Shown here: positions 28,837 to 39,111 of the stretch, in pieces
Layout: every line of letters starts with the position of its first letter
Numbering within the stretch: position 1 is the stretch's first letter
Translations under genes and position numbers: made by a program
NCBI GenBank assembly: GCA_963422645.2
Contig: CAXXVO010000005.1
Span: 352,001-416,000, forward strand
Direction of reading: 5' to 3'
DNA from: Alphaproteobacteria bacterium
GTDB taxonomy: Bacteria > Pseudomonadota > Alphaproteobacteria > UBA828
Length of the DNA stretch: 64,000 nucleotides
The notes under the pieces: model-generated
What the model was told of the DNA's origin: nothing
What the model saw: only the letters and a program-made list of their open reading frames with translations
The model's database searches: none

Positions 28837-30024
28837 ATGATGGATGATCCGATCGTCATCGTCGGGATGGCGCGCACCCCCATGGGCGGGTTTCAGGGCG
28901 CATTGAAGGACGCAAGGGCGCCTGAACTGGGCTCCGCCGCAATCGAGGCCGCGCTGAGCCGCGCCGGCGTCGCCGCCGACGAGGTCGACGAGGTCATCAT
29001 GGGCAACATCCTCTCGGCCGGCCAGGGGCAGGCGCCGGCGCGCCAAGCTTCCATCGGCGCCGGAATCCCCGAGAAAGTCGGCTGCACCACGATCAACAAG
29101 ATGTGCGGCTCGGGCATGAAGGCGACCATGTTCGCCCACGACCTGATCGCGGCGGGTTCCGGCGATATCGTTGTCGCCGGCGGCATGGAGAGCATGACCA
29201 ACGCGCCCTACCTGCTGGATCGCGCGCGGGGCGGCTACCGCATGGGCCACGGCAAGGTGCAGGATCACATGTTCCTCGACGGGCTGGAGGATGCCTACGA
29301 CAAGGGCAAGCTCATGGGCCACTTCGCCGAGGAGACGGCGCGCACCTATCAGTTCACCCGCGAGCAGCAGGACGAATTCGCCATCACCTCGCTCAACCGT
29401 GCGAAGACGGCGATCGAGGACGGCTCCTTCGACGGCGAGGTTGCGCCGGTTACGGTCAAGCACCGCAAGGGCGAGACCGTCGTCACCCGGGACGAGCAGC
29501 CGCTGACCGCCGATCTTGACAAGATCCCGACGCTGCGCCCGGCCTTCGCCAAGGACGGCTCGGTGACCGCCGCGAATTCCAGCTCGATCTCCGACGGCGG
29601 CGCCGCGCTGGTGCTGATGCGGCGCTCCGAGGCCGAGCGGCGCGGGCTCACGCCGGTCGCGGTCATCCACGGCCACGCGACGCACGCGCAGGCGCCCGCC
29701 TGGTTCACCACCGCGCCGGGGCCGGCGCTCCGCAAGCTCTACGAGAAGACGGGCTGGGACGCGGACGACGTCGACCTCTACGAGATCAACGAAGCCTTCG
29801 CGGTCGTCGCCATGGCGGCGATGCGCGACCTGGACCTCGACCACGAGAAGGTGAACGTGCACGGCGGCGCCTGTGCGCTCGGCCATCCGGTCGGCGCCTC
29901 GGGCGCACGCATCGTCATCACCCTGTTGGCGGCGCTGGAGAAATACGGGCTCGACAAGGGCGCAGCGGCGCTCTGCATCGGCGGCGGCGAGGCCACGGCC
30001 TTGGCCGTCGAGCGGCTGCACTAG
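28837..30024 (+). CDS. Acetyl-CoA C-acyltransferase (thiolase)
   Basis: [25 protein letters not shown]. Confidence 0.93.
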   Translation: MMDDPIVIVGMARTPMGGFQGALKDARAPELGSAAIEAALSRAGVAADEVDEVIMGNILSAGQGQAPARQASIGAGIPEKVGCTTINKMCGSGMKATMFAHDLIAAGSGDIVVAGGMESMTNAPYLLDRARGGYRMGHGKVQDHMFLDGLEDAYDKGKLMGHFAEETARTYQFTREQQDEFAITSLNRAKTAIEDGSFDGEVAPVTVKHRKGETVVTRDEQPLTADLDKIPTLRPAFAKDGSVTAANSSSISDGGAALVLMRRSEAERRGLTPVAVIHGHATHAQAPAWFTTAPGPALRKLYEKTGWDADDVDLYEINEAFAVVAMAAMRDLDLDHEKVNVHGGACALGHPVGASGARIVITLLAALEKYGLDKGAAALCIGGGEATALAVERLH

Positions 30025-30034
30025 GGCCGCCGCC

Positions 30035-30634
30035 ATGACCGGCGAGCGCGAGACCATTCCGGCCCGGCGCGGCCGGGCGGCCAAGCTCGGCGCGGGCCAG
30101 AAGCTCCGCCTCATCAACACCCACGGCACCCAGGTGGTGGATACCTGGGCCTTCAACGCCGACGACATGGCCGAGTGCATGTCGATGGAGCACTCGCGCG
30201 TCGCCATCGGCGGCGTCTTCCCCCGGCCCGGCGATACCATGGTCACCAACAAGCGCCGCCCCATCCTCACCCTGGTGGAGGACACCTCGCCCGGCATTCA
30301 CGACACGCTGATCGCCGCCTGCGACCGCTGGCGCTACATGCTGCTTGGCGCAGGCGACGATCACGACAACTGCGAGGACAACCTGCACGACGGCTTGGCG
30401 GCGCTGGGTCTCAAGGCGCCGAAGACGCCGTCTCCCTGGAACATGTGGATGAACATCCCGGTGGGCGAGGGCGGCTCGGTCTCCTTCGAGCCGGGCGTGG
30501 CGAGCCCCGGCGACTACGTGGTGCTGCGGGCGGAGATGGACCTCGTGCTCGCGTTCTCCTGCTGCCCGCAGGACATTCTCCCGATCAACGGCGTCGCGTG
30601 CACGCCGGTGGACGCCTCCTTCGAGCGGCTCTGA
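30035..30634 (+). CDS. DUF1989 / urea-carboxylase-associated family protein (second paralogue)
   Basis: GTQVVDTWAF, HDTLIAAC, NC.DNL, SCCPQD. Confidence 0.88.
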   Translation: MTGERETIPARRGRAAKLGAGQKLRLINTHGTQVVDTWAFNADDMAECMSMEHSRVAIGGVFPRPGDTMVTNKRRPILTLVEDTSPGIHDTLIAACDRWRYMLLGAGDDHDNCEDNLHDGLAALGLKAPKTPSPWNMWMNIPVGEGGSVSFEPGVASPGDYVVLRAEMDLVLAFSCCPQDILPINGVACTPVDASFERL

Positions 30635-30645
30635 GGGCCAAGGCC

Positions 30646-31797
30646 ATGGCAGCGAAGGGCATCTTCCTCACCGACGAGCAGCGGATGATCCGCGACATGG
30701 CGCGCGATTTCGCCGAGGGCGAGCTCGCCCCCCATGCCGGCGAGTGGGATCTGAAGGGCGGCTACCCCGACGACATCCTCCCCCGCATGGGCCAGCTCGG
30801 GCTCATGGGCATGCTGGTGCCGCCGGAATGGGACGGTGCCGGTGCCGACCACGTGGCCTACGCGCTCGCCATGGAGGAGATATCGGCCGGCGATGTCGGC
30901 ACGTCGACGGCGATGAGCGTCAACAACTCGCTGGTCTGTGCCGGCATTCTCAAGGGCGGCTCCGAGGAGCAGAAGGAGTGCTTCCTGCGCCCGCTTGCGC
31001 GCGGCGACATGCTCGGCTGCTTCTGCCTGACCGAGCCGCAGGCGGGCTCGGATGCCTCCAACCTGCGCACCCGCGCGGTGCCGGACGGCAACGGCTACCG
31101 GCTGAGCGGCACCAAGCAGTTCGTCTCCAGCGGCTCCAGGGCGGACGTCGCGATGGTCTTCGCCGTGACCGACCCCGACGCCGGCAAGAAGGGGATCAGC
31201 TGCTTCCTCGTGCCGACCGGGTCGGAGGGCTACACGGTCGCGAGCCACGAGACCAAGATGGGCCAGCGTGCCCACGACACCTGCCAGATCGTCTTCGAGG
31301 ACGTGCGGCTGACCCCCGACCTCATGCTGGGCGAGCCGGGGCAGGGCTATGCTATCGCGCTCGGCAACCTCGAAGGCGGCCGCATCGGCGTCGCCGCCCA
31401 GGCGACCGGCGCCATGCGCGCGGCTTACGAGGCCGCACTGGCTTACGCCAAGGAACGCACGAGCTTCGGCAAGCCACTGATCGAGCATCAGGCGGTGGGC
31501 TTCCGCCTGGCCGACATGGCGACCGAGATCGAGGCGTCGCGGCTGCTCACGCTGCAGGCTGCGCGGCTGCGCGATGCCGGCGAGCCCTGCCTGAAGGAAG
31601 CCTCGATGGCCAAGCTCTTCGCCTCGGAGACCGCCGAGCGGGTTTGCTCCAAGGCGATCCAGACGCTGGGCGGCTACGGCTACCTGAGCGACTTCCCGGT
31701 GGAGCGCATCTATCGGGACCAGCGCGTCTGCACCATCTACGAGGGCACGAGCGACGTCCAGCGGCTGGTGATCAGCCGGGCGCTCGCGCGGGAGTAA
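30646..31797 (+). CDS. Acyl-CoA dehydrogenase
   Basis: FCLTEPQAGSD, GRIGVAAQA, GGYGY, IYEGT. Confidence 0.93.
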   Translation: MAAKGIFLTDEQRMIRDMARDFAEGELAPHAGEWDLKGGYPDDILPRMGQLGLMGMLVPPEWDGAGADHVAYALAMEEISAGDVGTSTAMSVNNSLVCAGILKGGSEEQKECFLRPLARGDMLGCFCLTEPQAGSDASNLRTRAVPDGNGYRLSGTKQFVSSGSRADVAMVFAVTDPDAGKKGISCFLVPTGSEGYTVASHETKMGQRAHDTCQIVFEDVRLTPDLMLGEPGQGYAIALGNLEGGRIGVAAQATGAMRAAYEAALAYAKERTSFGKPLIEHQAVGFRLADMATEIEASRLLTLQAARLRDAGEPCLKEASMAKLFASETAERVCSKAIQTLGGYGYLSDFPVERIYRDQRVCTIYEGTSDVQRLVISRALARE

Positions 31798-31801
31798 GGC
31801 G

Positions 31802-32404
31802 ATGAGCGACAGTCTCGACTTCTACTTCGACTTCTCCTCGCCTTACGGCTACCTCGCGGCCGAGCGCATCGACGGGATCGCGGCAAAGCACGGGCGCAGC
31901 GTGACGTGGCGGCCGATGCTGCTCGGCGCCGTGTTCCAGAAGATCGGCGGGAGCCCCCTGGTCGACCAGCCGATGAAGGGGCCCTACTCGCGCCTCGACA
32001 TGCTGCGCTCGGCGCGCTTGCACGGCATCGTCTTCAACGTCCCCGACAACTTCCCGGTCAACAGCATCGCCGCCTGCCGCGCTTACTACTGGCTGGCGGG
32101 GAGCGACCCCGGCACCGCGCACGATCTCGCCCAGGCGCTCTATCGCGGCTACTTCGTCGAGAACCGCGACCTGAGCCGGCCGGAGACGGTGGTCGGGGCG
32201 GCGCAGGCGCTGGGCGTGGACGGCGATGCGCTGGTGGCGGCAGTGCAGGATCAGGCCATCAAGGACCGCTTGCGCGCCGAGAACGACGCCGCAATCGAGC
32301 GCGGCGTCTTCGGCTCGCCCACGGTCTTTGTCGGCGACGAGATGTTCTGGGGCCACGACCGGCTGGAGGTGATCGACCGCTGGCTCGAAACCGGCGGTTG
32401 GTAG
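31802..32404 (+). CDS. 2-hydroxychromene-2-carboxylate isomerase / kappa-GST (DsbA-like) family
   Basis: FYFDFSSPYGY, GVFGSP, FWGHDRL. Confidence 0.88.
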   Translation: MSDSLDFYFDFSSPYGYLAAERIDGIAAKHGRSVTWRPMLLGAVFQKIGGSPLVDQPMKGPYSRLDMLRSARLHGIVFNVPDNFPVNSIAACRAYYWLAGSDPGTAHDLAQALYRGYFVENRDLSRPETVVGAAQALGVDGDALVAAVQDQAIKDRLRAENDAAIERGVFGSPTVFVGDEMFWGHDRLEVIDRWLETGGW

Positions 32405-32875
32405 CCTTCGGAGAGCGCGCTCGCCCCTGGATCAGCCGCGCGCGTCGGCTCCGAGCTTTACTTCGTCGTCGTAGACCCCTTCCGGCAGCGGCAGGCCGTC
32501 GAGCTCGGCCTCGCCAAGGGGATCGTCCGGCGAAATGCCGCGCTGCTCCAAGAGCGCCATGAGCTGGCGGGCGTGCTGGGCCGCGTGCCACGCCGTCCGC
32601 TCCAGCACTCGCTCGGTCGGGTGGATGCCGTAATAGGTGTCGAGCGTGCCGAGGCGAGCCGCATTGGCGCTGCGCCACCAGGATGCAAGCGCATCGCGCA
32701 CGGTCTGGCCGTAGGCCGAGACTTGCGCCGCGCTCCGCATCTCAGGGCCCGGAGTGCGCTCGAAATAGTCGAAGGTGAGCCGGGCGCCCTGGGCCGCATC
32801 GAGGAAGGCCGCCGGGATCACGAAGATGTGGTAACCGAGGTCGAGGACGGTACGCTCGCGGCCCGGCAGTCCTTC

Positions 32876-34763
32876 GTAACTGCCCAGGTTCTTGCTGTGA
32901 AAATTCTCTGGGATTCGGCACAACGCTACCCACGCGACGCCCGTGTGCTCCTCTGTGGTCGCCGGGTTTCACAGCTCACGATGCCCCTCTTGCGGACTGC
33001 GACCGGTAAGCTACCCCGATGTGGCCCGAAGTCCGCCCGCGCGACGGGCACCGATTTTCATTCTATGGGGTGGTCCAGCACGGCGTCGACCATGATCGTT
33101 TATGAGAATGGCTCCGCTGTTGGAGAACCCGTGCCAGGTGAGCTTACGCGCACTTGACGGTGGCGATGAGCCGATCCGATGGGCTGGTCAGGGCTTCGAT
33201 GATATTCCAGCCCTGCTTTCTGGCGGTGGTGATGACGCTGCGCAGGATGGCGAAGTTCTCGGCCCCCTGCGCGGACCGGAAGCCCCCGGAGATCTTCTGG
33301 CGCAGCTTCATCATCCGAAGGTCGCGCTCGGCCTCGTTGTTCGTGAACCCGACCTCGAGGTCGATCAGGAACCGGAGCACCGCGCATTTGTGGTCGCGCA
33401 GCCTCAAGGCCAGATTGTGACCGATCCTTCGCTTCCGGCGCTTCTTCCTCTTGCCAGGCGAGAACGGTGGTTGGCTCTCGTGAAAGGCCAGCGCATCGGC
33501 GATGATCTCGTCGTATCGGCGCTCGATCAGCGCCACAAGCCTCGCCGGAACGGCGATATCCTTGTCCAGCGCGATGCGGGCGGCGCGATTGGCTCGGCGC
33601 AGGAGCTGCTGCATCCGCCGGGCCCAAGCCTCCCCTTCGATGTCCACCAGCGCCTGCAACTCCCGCAGGTGATGGGCGTTGCACAGGCCGTGCTCCACCC
33701 CTTCCATCGCGAAGTACGGCTTCCAGTGATCGTGCACGACGATGCCGGAGACACCCGAGAGCAGGGCGCCGCGCTTGCCGCTGACCCGGTACGCCGCCAG
33801 CAGCGGCGTGCAGATCACATGAAGCCACTGCGTCTGACCGCCGATCCGCAAGCCGGTCTCGTCCATGTGTTTCACCCGCGCCGTGCCCGCCGCCAGGTCC
33901 TGTATGTGCAAGGCCGCGTCCCGCAGCCGCTCGGCCGCCCTCTCGCTCATCGTCGCCAACGTCGCAGCCGTCACCGGCGCGCCGAAGAGCTCGGCCATCA
34001 CCTGCGACAGCCGATCCTCCGGCAGGAAGTGAGCGTGCTGAAGGTAGACCGCCACCCCGGCAATGCGCGGGCCGTACTGCACCGGCGCCGACACCCCGTC
34101 GGGGAACGCCGCCCGGGTCACCGTCCCGCAATGCCCGCAGCACTTGGCATGCGCCCGGTGCTCGGTCACCTCCAGGGGGCTCGGCTCGGGCAGATCGAAC
34201 ACCTGGCGGGCGACGGGCGTTCCCGCCCTGGCCGCGTCCGAAAGCGGCGAACCGCATCCCTTGCAGGAAGCCGGGACGTGATCCTTCACCCGATCCGGGT
34301 GATCGGCGCGGCGCAGCGTCTTGCCCTTGTGGCCGGGCTGGCCACCGGGCTTGCGGCCCGATTTGCCGCGCAGGCTTCGGGTTCGCCGCTTCGAATTCGG
34401 CTTCCTCAGCCCATCGCTCGAAGGCGGCTTGCCGCTGTTGCCGCTGTTGAGGCCGAGACGGCGCTCCAACTCCTCGATGCGCTCGACGAGACGCGCGACT
34501 TGCTCTTCCAGCCGCGCGTTCTGCTGCCGAAGCCAGGCATTTTCCTCCCGAAGCCGGGCGTTCTCCTCCTCCAGGCGGGCGATCTTCTGCGCGGGCGTTT
34601 CGGGCGCTGCTCCCGTCGAAGGGCCGCGCGGCGACTCGGGATTGCTCATGTCGTTGTTGAGTCATTTCCCGAAATTCCCGTCAAGCCCTTTCCACCAACT
34701 CCGAACGAGAAACGCCTCAATCCACTGGCCCAAAATGACAAATCAGACGACCTGGGCAGTTAC
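32876..34763 (-). mobile_element. IS66-family element, single-ORF (ISBst12-like)
   Basis: 14-bp IR GTAACTGCCCAGGT; 8-bp TSD AGTCCTTC at 32868-32875 and 34764-34771. Confidence 0.95.
33144..34649 (-). CDS. IS66 transposase
   Basis: Coiled coil, NS.NS.KPPSSD, Zn-finger, DETG, VHD, CNAHHLREL, TNNEAERDLR. Confidence 0.95.
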   Translation of the reverse strand: MSNPESPRGPSTGAAPETPAQKIARLEEENARLREENAWLRQQNARLEEQVARLVERIEELERRLGLNSGNSGKPPSSDGLRKPNSKRRTRSLRGKSGRKPGGQPGHKGKTLRRADHPDRVKDHVPASCKGCGSPLSDAARAGTPVARQVFDLPEPSPLEVTEHRAHAKCCGHCGTVTRAAFPDGVSAPVQYGPRIAGVAVYLQHAHFLPEDRLSQVMAELFGAPVTAATLATMSERAAERLRDAALHIQDLAAGTARVKHMDETGLRIGGQTQWLHVICTPLLAAYRVSGKRGALLSGVSGIVVHDHWKPYFAMEGVEHGLCNAHHLRELQALVDIEGEAWARRMQQLLRRANRAARIALDKDIAVPARLVALIERRYDEIIADALAFHESQPPFSPGKRKKRRKRRIGHNLALRLRDHKCAVLRFLIDLEVGFTNNEAERDLRMMKLRQKISGGFRSAQGAENFAILRSVITTARKQGWNIIEALTSPSDRLIATVKCA

Positions 34764-35139
34764 AGTCCTTCTTCGAGGGCGGCGGCCGGGAACTGGCCGA
34801 GATAGCGCTGGGTCGCGGCGAGAATCAGGTCGATCCTCTGCACCAGCTCCGGCGGGGGCAGCTGCTCCCGGTCGAACTCGACGCCGATGAAGCGCGCGAG
34901 ATCGCCCAGGTCCTGGGCAAAGACGAAGCGCTTCCCCTGCACGACAACCGGCACCGACTGGGCGCCGAGGCTGGCGAGCTCCTCCACCGCCTCCGGCCTG
35001 GCACGGACGTTGATCGATTCGTAGGCGATCCCGCGCGTGGCCAGGAACTCCTTGGCCCGGAGACAACTGGAGCACCCGGGCTGCCAGTACACCTTGAAGT
35101 CGTCTGCCATGTTCGATCTCCTGGGCGGGCGGCGCGTGC

Positions 35140-35913
35140 CTATTCCGCCGTGTAGCCGCCGTCGATCACCAGCTCGGTGCCGGTGACGAACTTGGACTCG
35201 TCCGAAGCCAGATAGACCACGCCGTTGGCGATGTCGTTGGGCTCGCCAACGTGGCCCACCGGGTGCAGCTTGCCGAACTCCTCCGGTCCCGCAGCCGCGT
35301 CGCCGAACATGCGGGTCGCGGTCTCGTCCATCATCGGCGTGTGGATGAAGGCGGGGTGGATCGAGTTGACGCGAACGCCGCTGCCGTCGCGCGCGCATTC
35401 CAGCGCCACGCACTTGGTGAAGTAGCGGACCGCGCCCTTCGACGCCGTGTAGGCGGCGAGATGCGCCGTGCCGACAATGCCGAGCACCGACGACATGTTG
35501 ATGATGGAGCCGCCGCCCGAGTCGCGCATCGCGGGGATCGCGCTCCGGGTGCCGAGGAAGACGCCATCGGCGTTGACCGCCATGATGCGACGCCAGGTCT
35601 CCAGCGAGACATCGGCGATGGGTTCGGCGCGGGTGATGCCGGCGTTGTTGACGAGAATGTCGAGCCGGCCATGCTCCGACACCACGCTCTCGACGGTCGC
35701 CTGCCAGGCGGCTTCTTCGGTCACGTCGAGGGTCTGGAACCGGGCCCTTCCTCCCACCGTAGTGATCGATTCGGCGACCGCCTGGCCGCGACCCTCGTCG
35801 CGCCCCGTCACCAGCACCGCCGCGCCTTCCTCGGCCATGCGCAGCGCCGACGCAGCGCCGAGCCCGCTGGTCGCCCCGGTCACGATCGCCACCTTGCCCG
35901 CCAGTCTTGCCAT
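35140..35913 (-). CDS. SDR-family oxidoreductase
   Basis: TGATSGLG, NNAG, YTASK, IDGG. Confidence 0.92.
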   Translation of the reverse strand: MARLAGKVAIVTGATSGLGAASALRMAEEGAAVLVTGRDEGRGQAVAESITTVGGRARFQTLDVTEEAAWQATVESVVSEHGRLDILVNNAGITRAEPIADVSLETWRRIMAVNADGVFLGTRSAIPAMRDSGGGSIINMSSVLGIVGTAHLAAYTASKGAVRYFTKCVALECARDGSGVRVNSIHPAFIHTPMMDETATRMFGDAAAGPEEFGKLHPVGHVGEPNDIANGVVYLASDESKFVTGTELVIDGGYTAE

Positions 35914-36031
35914 CACCCGCCTCATACCCCGCAAGGGCATTGCATATGCTGCGCCGCGCCTATCGAATTGAGAGTAACATTGCAGACTATACCCCGCAGG
36001 CGGCGCCTGCGGTTCAAAAGGTCGCGCACCC

Positions 36032-37729
36032 ATGGCGGACGGGAACGGCGGGCTCGGCGGCAACGCTTACCGGGCGGACCGGAATCTTCAGGCCCTCCTG
36101 CGCCGCAGCGCGCCCTGGCTCACCGAAGGCGACGCCGAGCGGCTGAGCAGCTTCGGCGGCTGGGTGGCGACCACAGTCGACGAGCAGGCGGATTACACCA
36201 ATCGCTTCGCGCCGCCGGTTCTCGAGACCCTGGACGAGGACGGCCGGCCCCGCTCGGTGGTCCGCCACAATCCGCTCTATGCGGCGGTACACCGCGAGGT
36301 CTACGAGCGGGGCATCGTCGGGCTCAACTACGGCGCGTCGCATCGCCCCTACACGCTGACCTTCGCGATGGGCTATCTGCTCGCGCAATCCGACATCTCG
36401 ATTCACTGCCCGGTGACCCTGACCGGGGCGGTCGCCAACGTGCTCGACCGGTTCGCGCCGAAGGCGGTGCGGAATGCCTACCTGCCCCGACTTGTGCGTA
36501 CGGACGGCAAGGCGGCGACGGGCGGCACGTGGGTCACGGAGAAGCAGGGCGGCAGCGACGTCGGCGCCACCCAGACCACGGCGCGGCGCACCAATGACGG
36601 CATCCGGCTCAGCGGGCTCAAGTGGTTCGCCAGCAATGTCGACGGCGGAATCGCGCTCACCCTCGCGCGGCCGGAGGGCGCGGCCGACGGTAGCGCCGGG
36701 CTCGGACTCTATCTGGTGCCGGCCCGTGGCCCCGACGGCACGCCCAACCGCTACCGGATCAGGCGGCTCAAGGACAAGCTCGGCACCCGCGGCCTCGCCA
36801 CCGGCGAGATCGAGCTGGAGGATGCCCACGCGGTGGAGGTGGCGCCGCCGCCGGACGGGCTCAAGACGATGATGGCAGCCCTCGGCTACAGCCGCATCCA
36901 CAACGCGATGGCCTCGGCCGGCATCCAGCGGCGCGCGTTCGCCGAAGCCCTCGCCCATGCCGAAACCCGCGAAGCCTTCGGCCACCGCCTCGCCGCCTAC
37001 CCGATGGTGCAGGACCAACTGGTCGAAATGCAGGCGCGCCTGGAAGCGAGCGTGACGCTGGCCTTCGCCGCGGCGTGGGCGTTCGACGAGGCGCAGCGGA
37101 CACCGGCCGAGCAACCCTGGATGCGGCTCGTCACTGCGCTCGCCAAGTATCTCACGGCCGCTTGGGCGATCACCGCGACCAGCCGTGCCATCGAGGTCTT
37201 GGGCGGCAACGGCTACACCGAGGAATATCCCGCGGCCAGACTCTACCGCGACGCCCAGGTGCTCACCGTGTGGGAGGGGCCGCCCAACATCCAGGCGCTC
37301 GAGGTGCTGCGCCTGGCGGGCGCGGACTCGCCGGGGCTCGCCGCCTTCCACGCACGCCTCGACGCCATTCTCAACAAGCCCTTCGTCGCCAACCACTCGG
37401 CCTTCGTGCGGCCGCGCGCGCTGATCTTCCAGGCCCGGCGGGAGGTGGCCGCGCTGACCGTGCTGATCCGGGACGACGAGGCAGAGGCCCCGCGCCAGGC
37501 GCACCGACTGATGGACCGCATGGCCAAGGGCCTGGCGGCCGCCCTCCTGGTCGAGGAAGCGGCCACCGACTGGGGCCAGGGCGATGCGCGAAAGGCGGTG
37601 GTCGCGCGCCTCTTCGCCGCACAGGAGCTGGCGGCGCCGGAGCCGCCGAGGCCGGGTGAGAGCGAAGGCCAGAAGTTCTTCCGCCCCCTCGCCGCGTACG
37701 AGCGGATCGAGACCGTGCAGTTGGACTGA
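36032..37729 (+). CDS. Acyl-CoA dehydrogenase family protein (AidB-like)
   Basis: TEKQGGSDVG, KWFAS, RLKDKLG, GGNGY, WEG..N. Confidence 0.85.
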   Translation: MADGNGGLGGNAYRADRNLQALLRRSAPWLTEGDAERLSSFGGWVATTVDEQADYTNRFAPPVLETLDEDGRPRSVVRHNPLYAAVHREVYERGIVGLNYGASHRPYTLTFAMGYLLAQSDISIHCPVTLTGAVANVLDRFAPKAVRNAYLPRLVRTDGKAATGGTWVTEKQGGSDVGATQTTARRTNDGIRLSGLKWFASNVDGGIALTLARPEGAADGSAGLGLYLVPARGPDGTPNRYRIRRLKDKLGTRGLATGEIELEDAHAVEVAPPPDGLKTMMAALGYSRIHNAMASAGIQRRAFAEALAHAETREAFGHRLAAYPMVQDQLVEMQARLEASVTLAFAAAWAFDEAQRTPAEQPWMRLVTALAKYLTAAWAITATSRAIEVLGGNGYTEEYPAARLYRDAQVLTVWEGPPNIQALEVLRLAGADSPGLAAFHARLDAILNKPFVANHSAFVRPRALIFQARREVAALTVLIRDDEAEAPRQAHRLMDRMAKGLAAALLVEEAATDWGQGDARKAVVARLFAAQELAAPEPPRPGESEGQKFFRPLAAYERIETVQLD

Positions 37730-37835
37730 CTGTATCGACAGGCCGGCGGCGGAATACGCCTATCCGGCCGCCGCCGCCGCGTGGTATGTGCTGATCCCGC
37801 TGGCGAAGCGGGTGCACGTGACCGGAGCGAGGGCG

Positions 37836-38609
37836 ATGGAGATCAACGGCAAGGAAATCGCGGTCGAGCAAGAGGGCGACGGCGACGCTGTGATCATGGT
37901 CCACGGCCTCGGCGGCACCAGCAACACGTGGCACCCGCAGGTCGGCCCGCTCGCCCGGTTCTTCCGCGTGGTGCGGCTCGACCTCGAAGGCTCCGGCCGC
38001 TCGCCCGCCACGGGCGCGCTCTCGATTGCCTCCTTCGCCGCCGACGTGATCGCGGTGATGGATGAGCTGGATATCTCGACCGCGCATCTCTGCGGCCACT
38101 CCATGGGCACGATCGTCTGCCAGCACATCGCCGCTGAGTGGCCTGAGCGGGTGAAGAGCCTCGCGCTCCTGGGCCCACTGGCCGAGCCGCCCGAGCCGGC
38201 CCGCCAAGCGATCCGCGACCGCGCGGGTGTGGCGCGGAAGAGCGGCATGGTGCCGATCGCGGACACCTTGGTGGAGGTCGCGATCTCGGCCGAGACCAGG
38301 GCGCATCATCCGGCGTCGGCCGCCTTCGTCCGCGAGATCCTCATGCGCCAGGATGCCGGGGGCTACGCGCGTACCTGCGAGGCGCTCGCCGCCGCCGAGA
38401 GTGCGGACCTCGCCAACATCGGTTGCAAGACCCTGCTGATCACCGGCGACGAGGACGGCGTCTCGCCACCGCCGGCGGTGAAGGCACTGGGCAACCGGAT
38501 CAAGGGCTCCCGCGTTGCCGTGCTCCCCGGCTGCGGCCACTGGACCCCCATAGAGAAGCCGACGCAGGTCAACGGCCTGCTCCTCAACTTCTATTACAGC
38601 TTCACTTAG
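37836..38609 (+). CDS. Alpha/beta hydrolase (enol-lactonase-like)
   Basis: HGLGG, GHSMG, G.ED, GHW. Confidence 0.88.
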   Translation: MEINGKEIAVEQEGDGDAVIMVHGLGGTSNTWHPQVGPLARFFRVVRLDLEGSGRSPATGALSIASFAADVIAVMDELDISTAHLCGHSMGTIVCQHIAAEWPERVKSLALLGPLAEPPEPARQAIRDRAGVARKSGMVPIADTLVEVAISAETRAHHPASAAFVREILMRQDAGGYARTCEALAAAESADLANIGCKTLLITGDEDGVSPPPAVKALGNRIKGSRVAVLPGCGHWTPIEKPTQVNGLLLNFYYSFT

Positions 38610-38617
38610 GCTGGGCC

Positions 38618-39103
38618 ATGGTGACACGGAAGCCATCGAAGCAAGGGGCCTCGCGCTCGGGCGCGGGCAGGGCCCGGGCTAACTCCGCCAAGCGCACCGC
38701 GCGCGGCTCACAGACCGCGAGGCCGTCCGGCAACGCCCCGGCGACCTTCTACATTTGCCGCTCCTGCGTCTGGTCGGAATCGGCGCGGGAGCGCGACGGC
38801 AAGCGTCAGGGCACGTTTCTGCTGGAGGCGGTGCATGACCTGGTCGAGGCCGAGCCCCTGCCGGAGGCGCTCAACCTGCGCGCGGTCTACTGCCTGAACG
38901 GCTGCACGAGTCCCTGCAACGTCGGCTTTCGCGCGGCCGGCAAGCACCACGTGCGCTTCAGCCATTTGACGCCGGAGAACGCGGCGGACGTTATCGCTTA
39001 TGCCCGCGCCTACCAGGCGAGCAAGACCGGCGAAGTTTCCGAGGACGAGACGCCGGCGGCAATGCGCGGCAAGATGACGGTGCACACCCCGCCGATTGGA
39101 TAG
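38618..39103 (+). CDS. DUF1636 family metal-binding protein
   Basis: ICRSC and CLNGCTSPC motifs. Confidence 0.75.
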   Translation: MVTRKPSKQGASRSGAGRARANSAKRTARGSQTARPSGNAPATFYICRSCVWSESARERDGKRQGTFLLEAVHDLVEAEPLPEALNLRAVYCLNGCTSPCNVGFRAAGKHHVRFSHLTPENAADVIAYARAYQASKTGEVSEDETPAAMRGKMTVHTPPIG

Positions 39104-39111
39104 TCTCTGCC

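Larger units (their letters stand above)
32432..35110 (-). pseudogene. Glutaredoxin-domain plus DinB-like protein split by IS66 (fragments 34764-35110 and 32432-32875)
   Basis: N-terminal YWQPGCSSC; removing the IS and one TSD restores AAALEEGLPGRERTVLDLGYHIF; C-terminal WHAAQHARQ. Confidence 0.85.

Noticed and set aside
14730-30297. Long antisense ORFs (14730-16931, 19361-21574, 21385-23151, 28111-30297)
   Set aside because: Shadow frames opposite well-supported genes, with no motifs.
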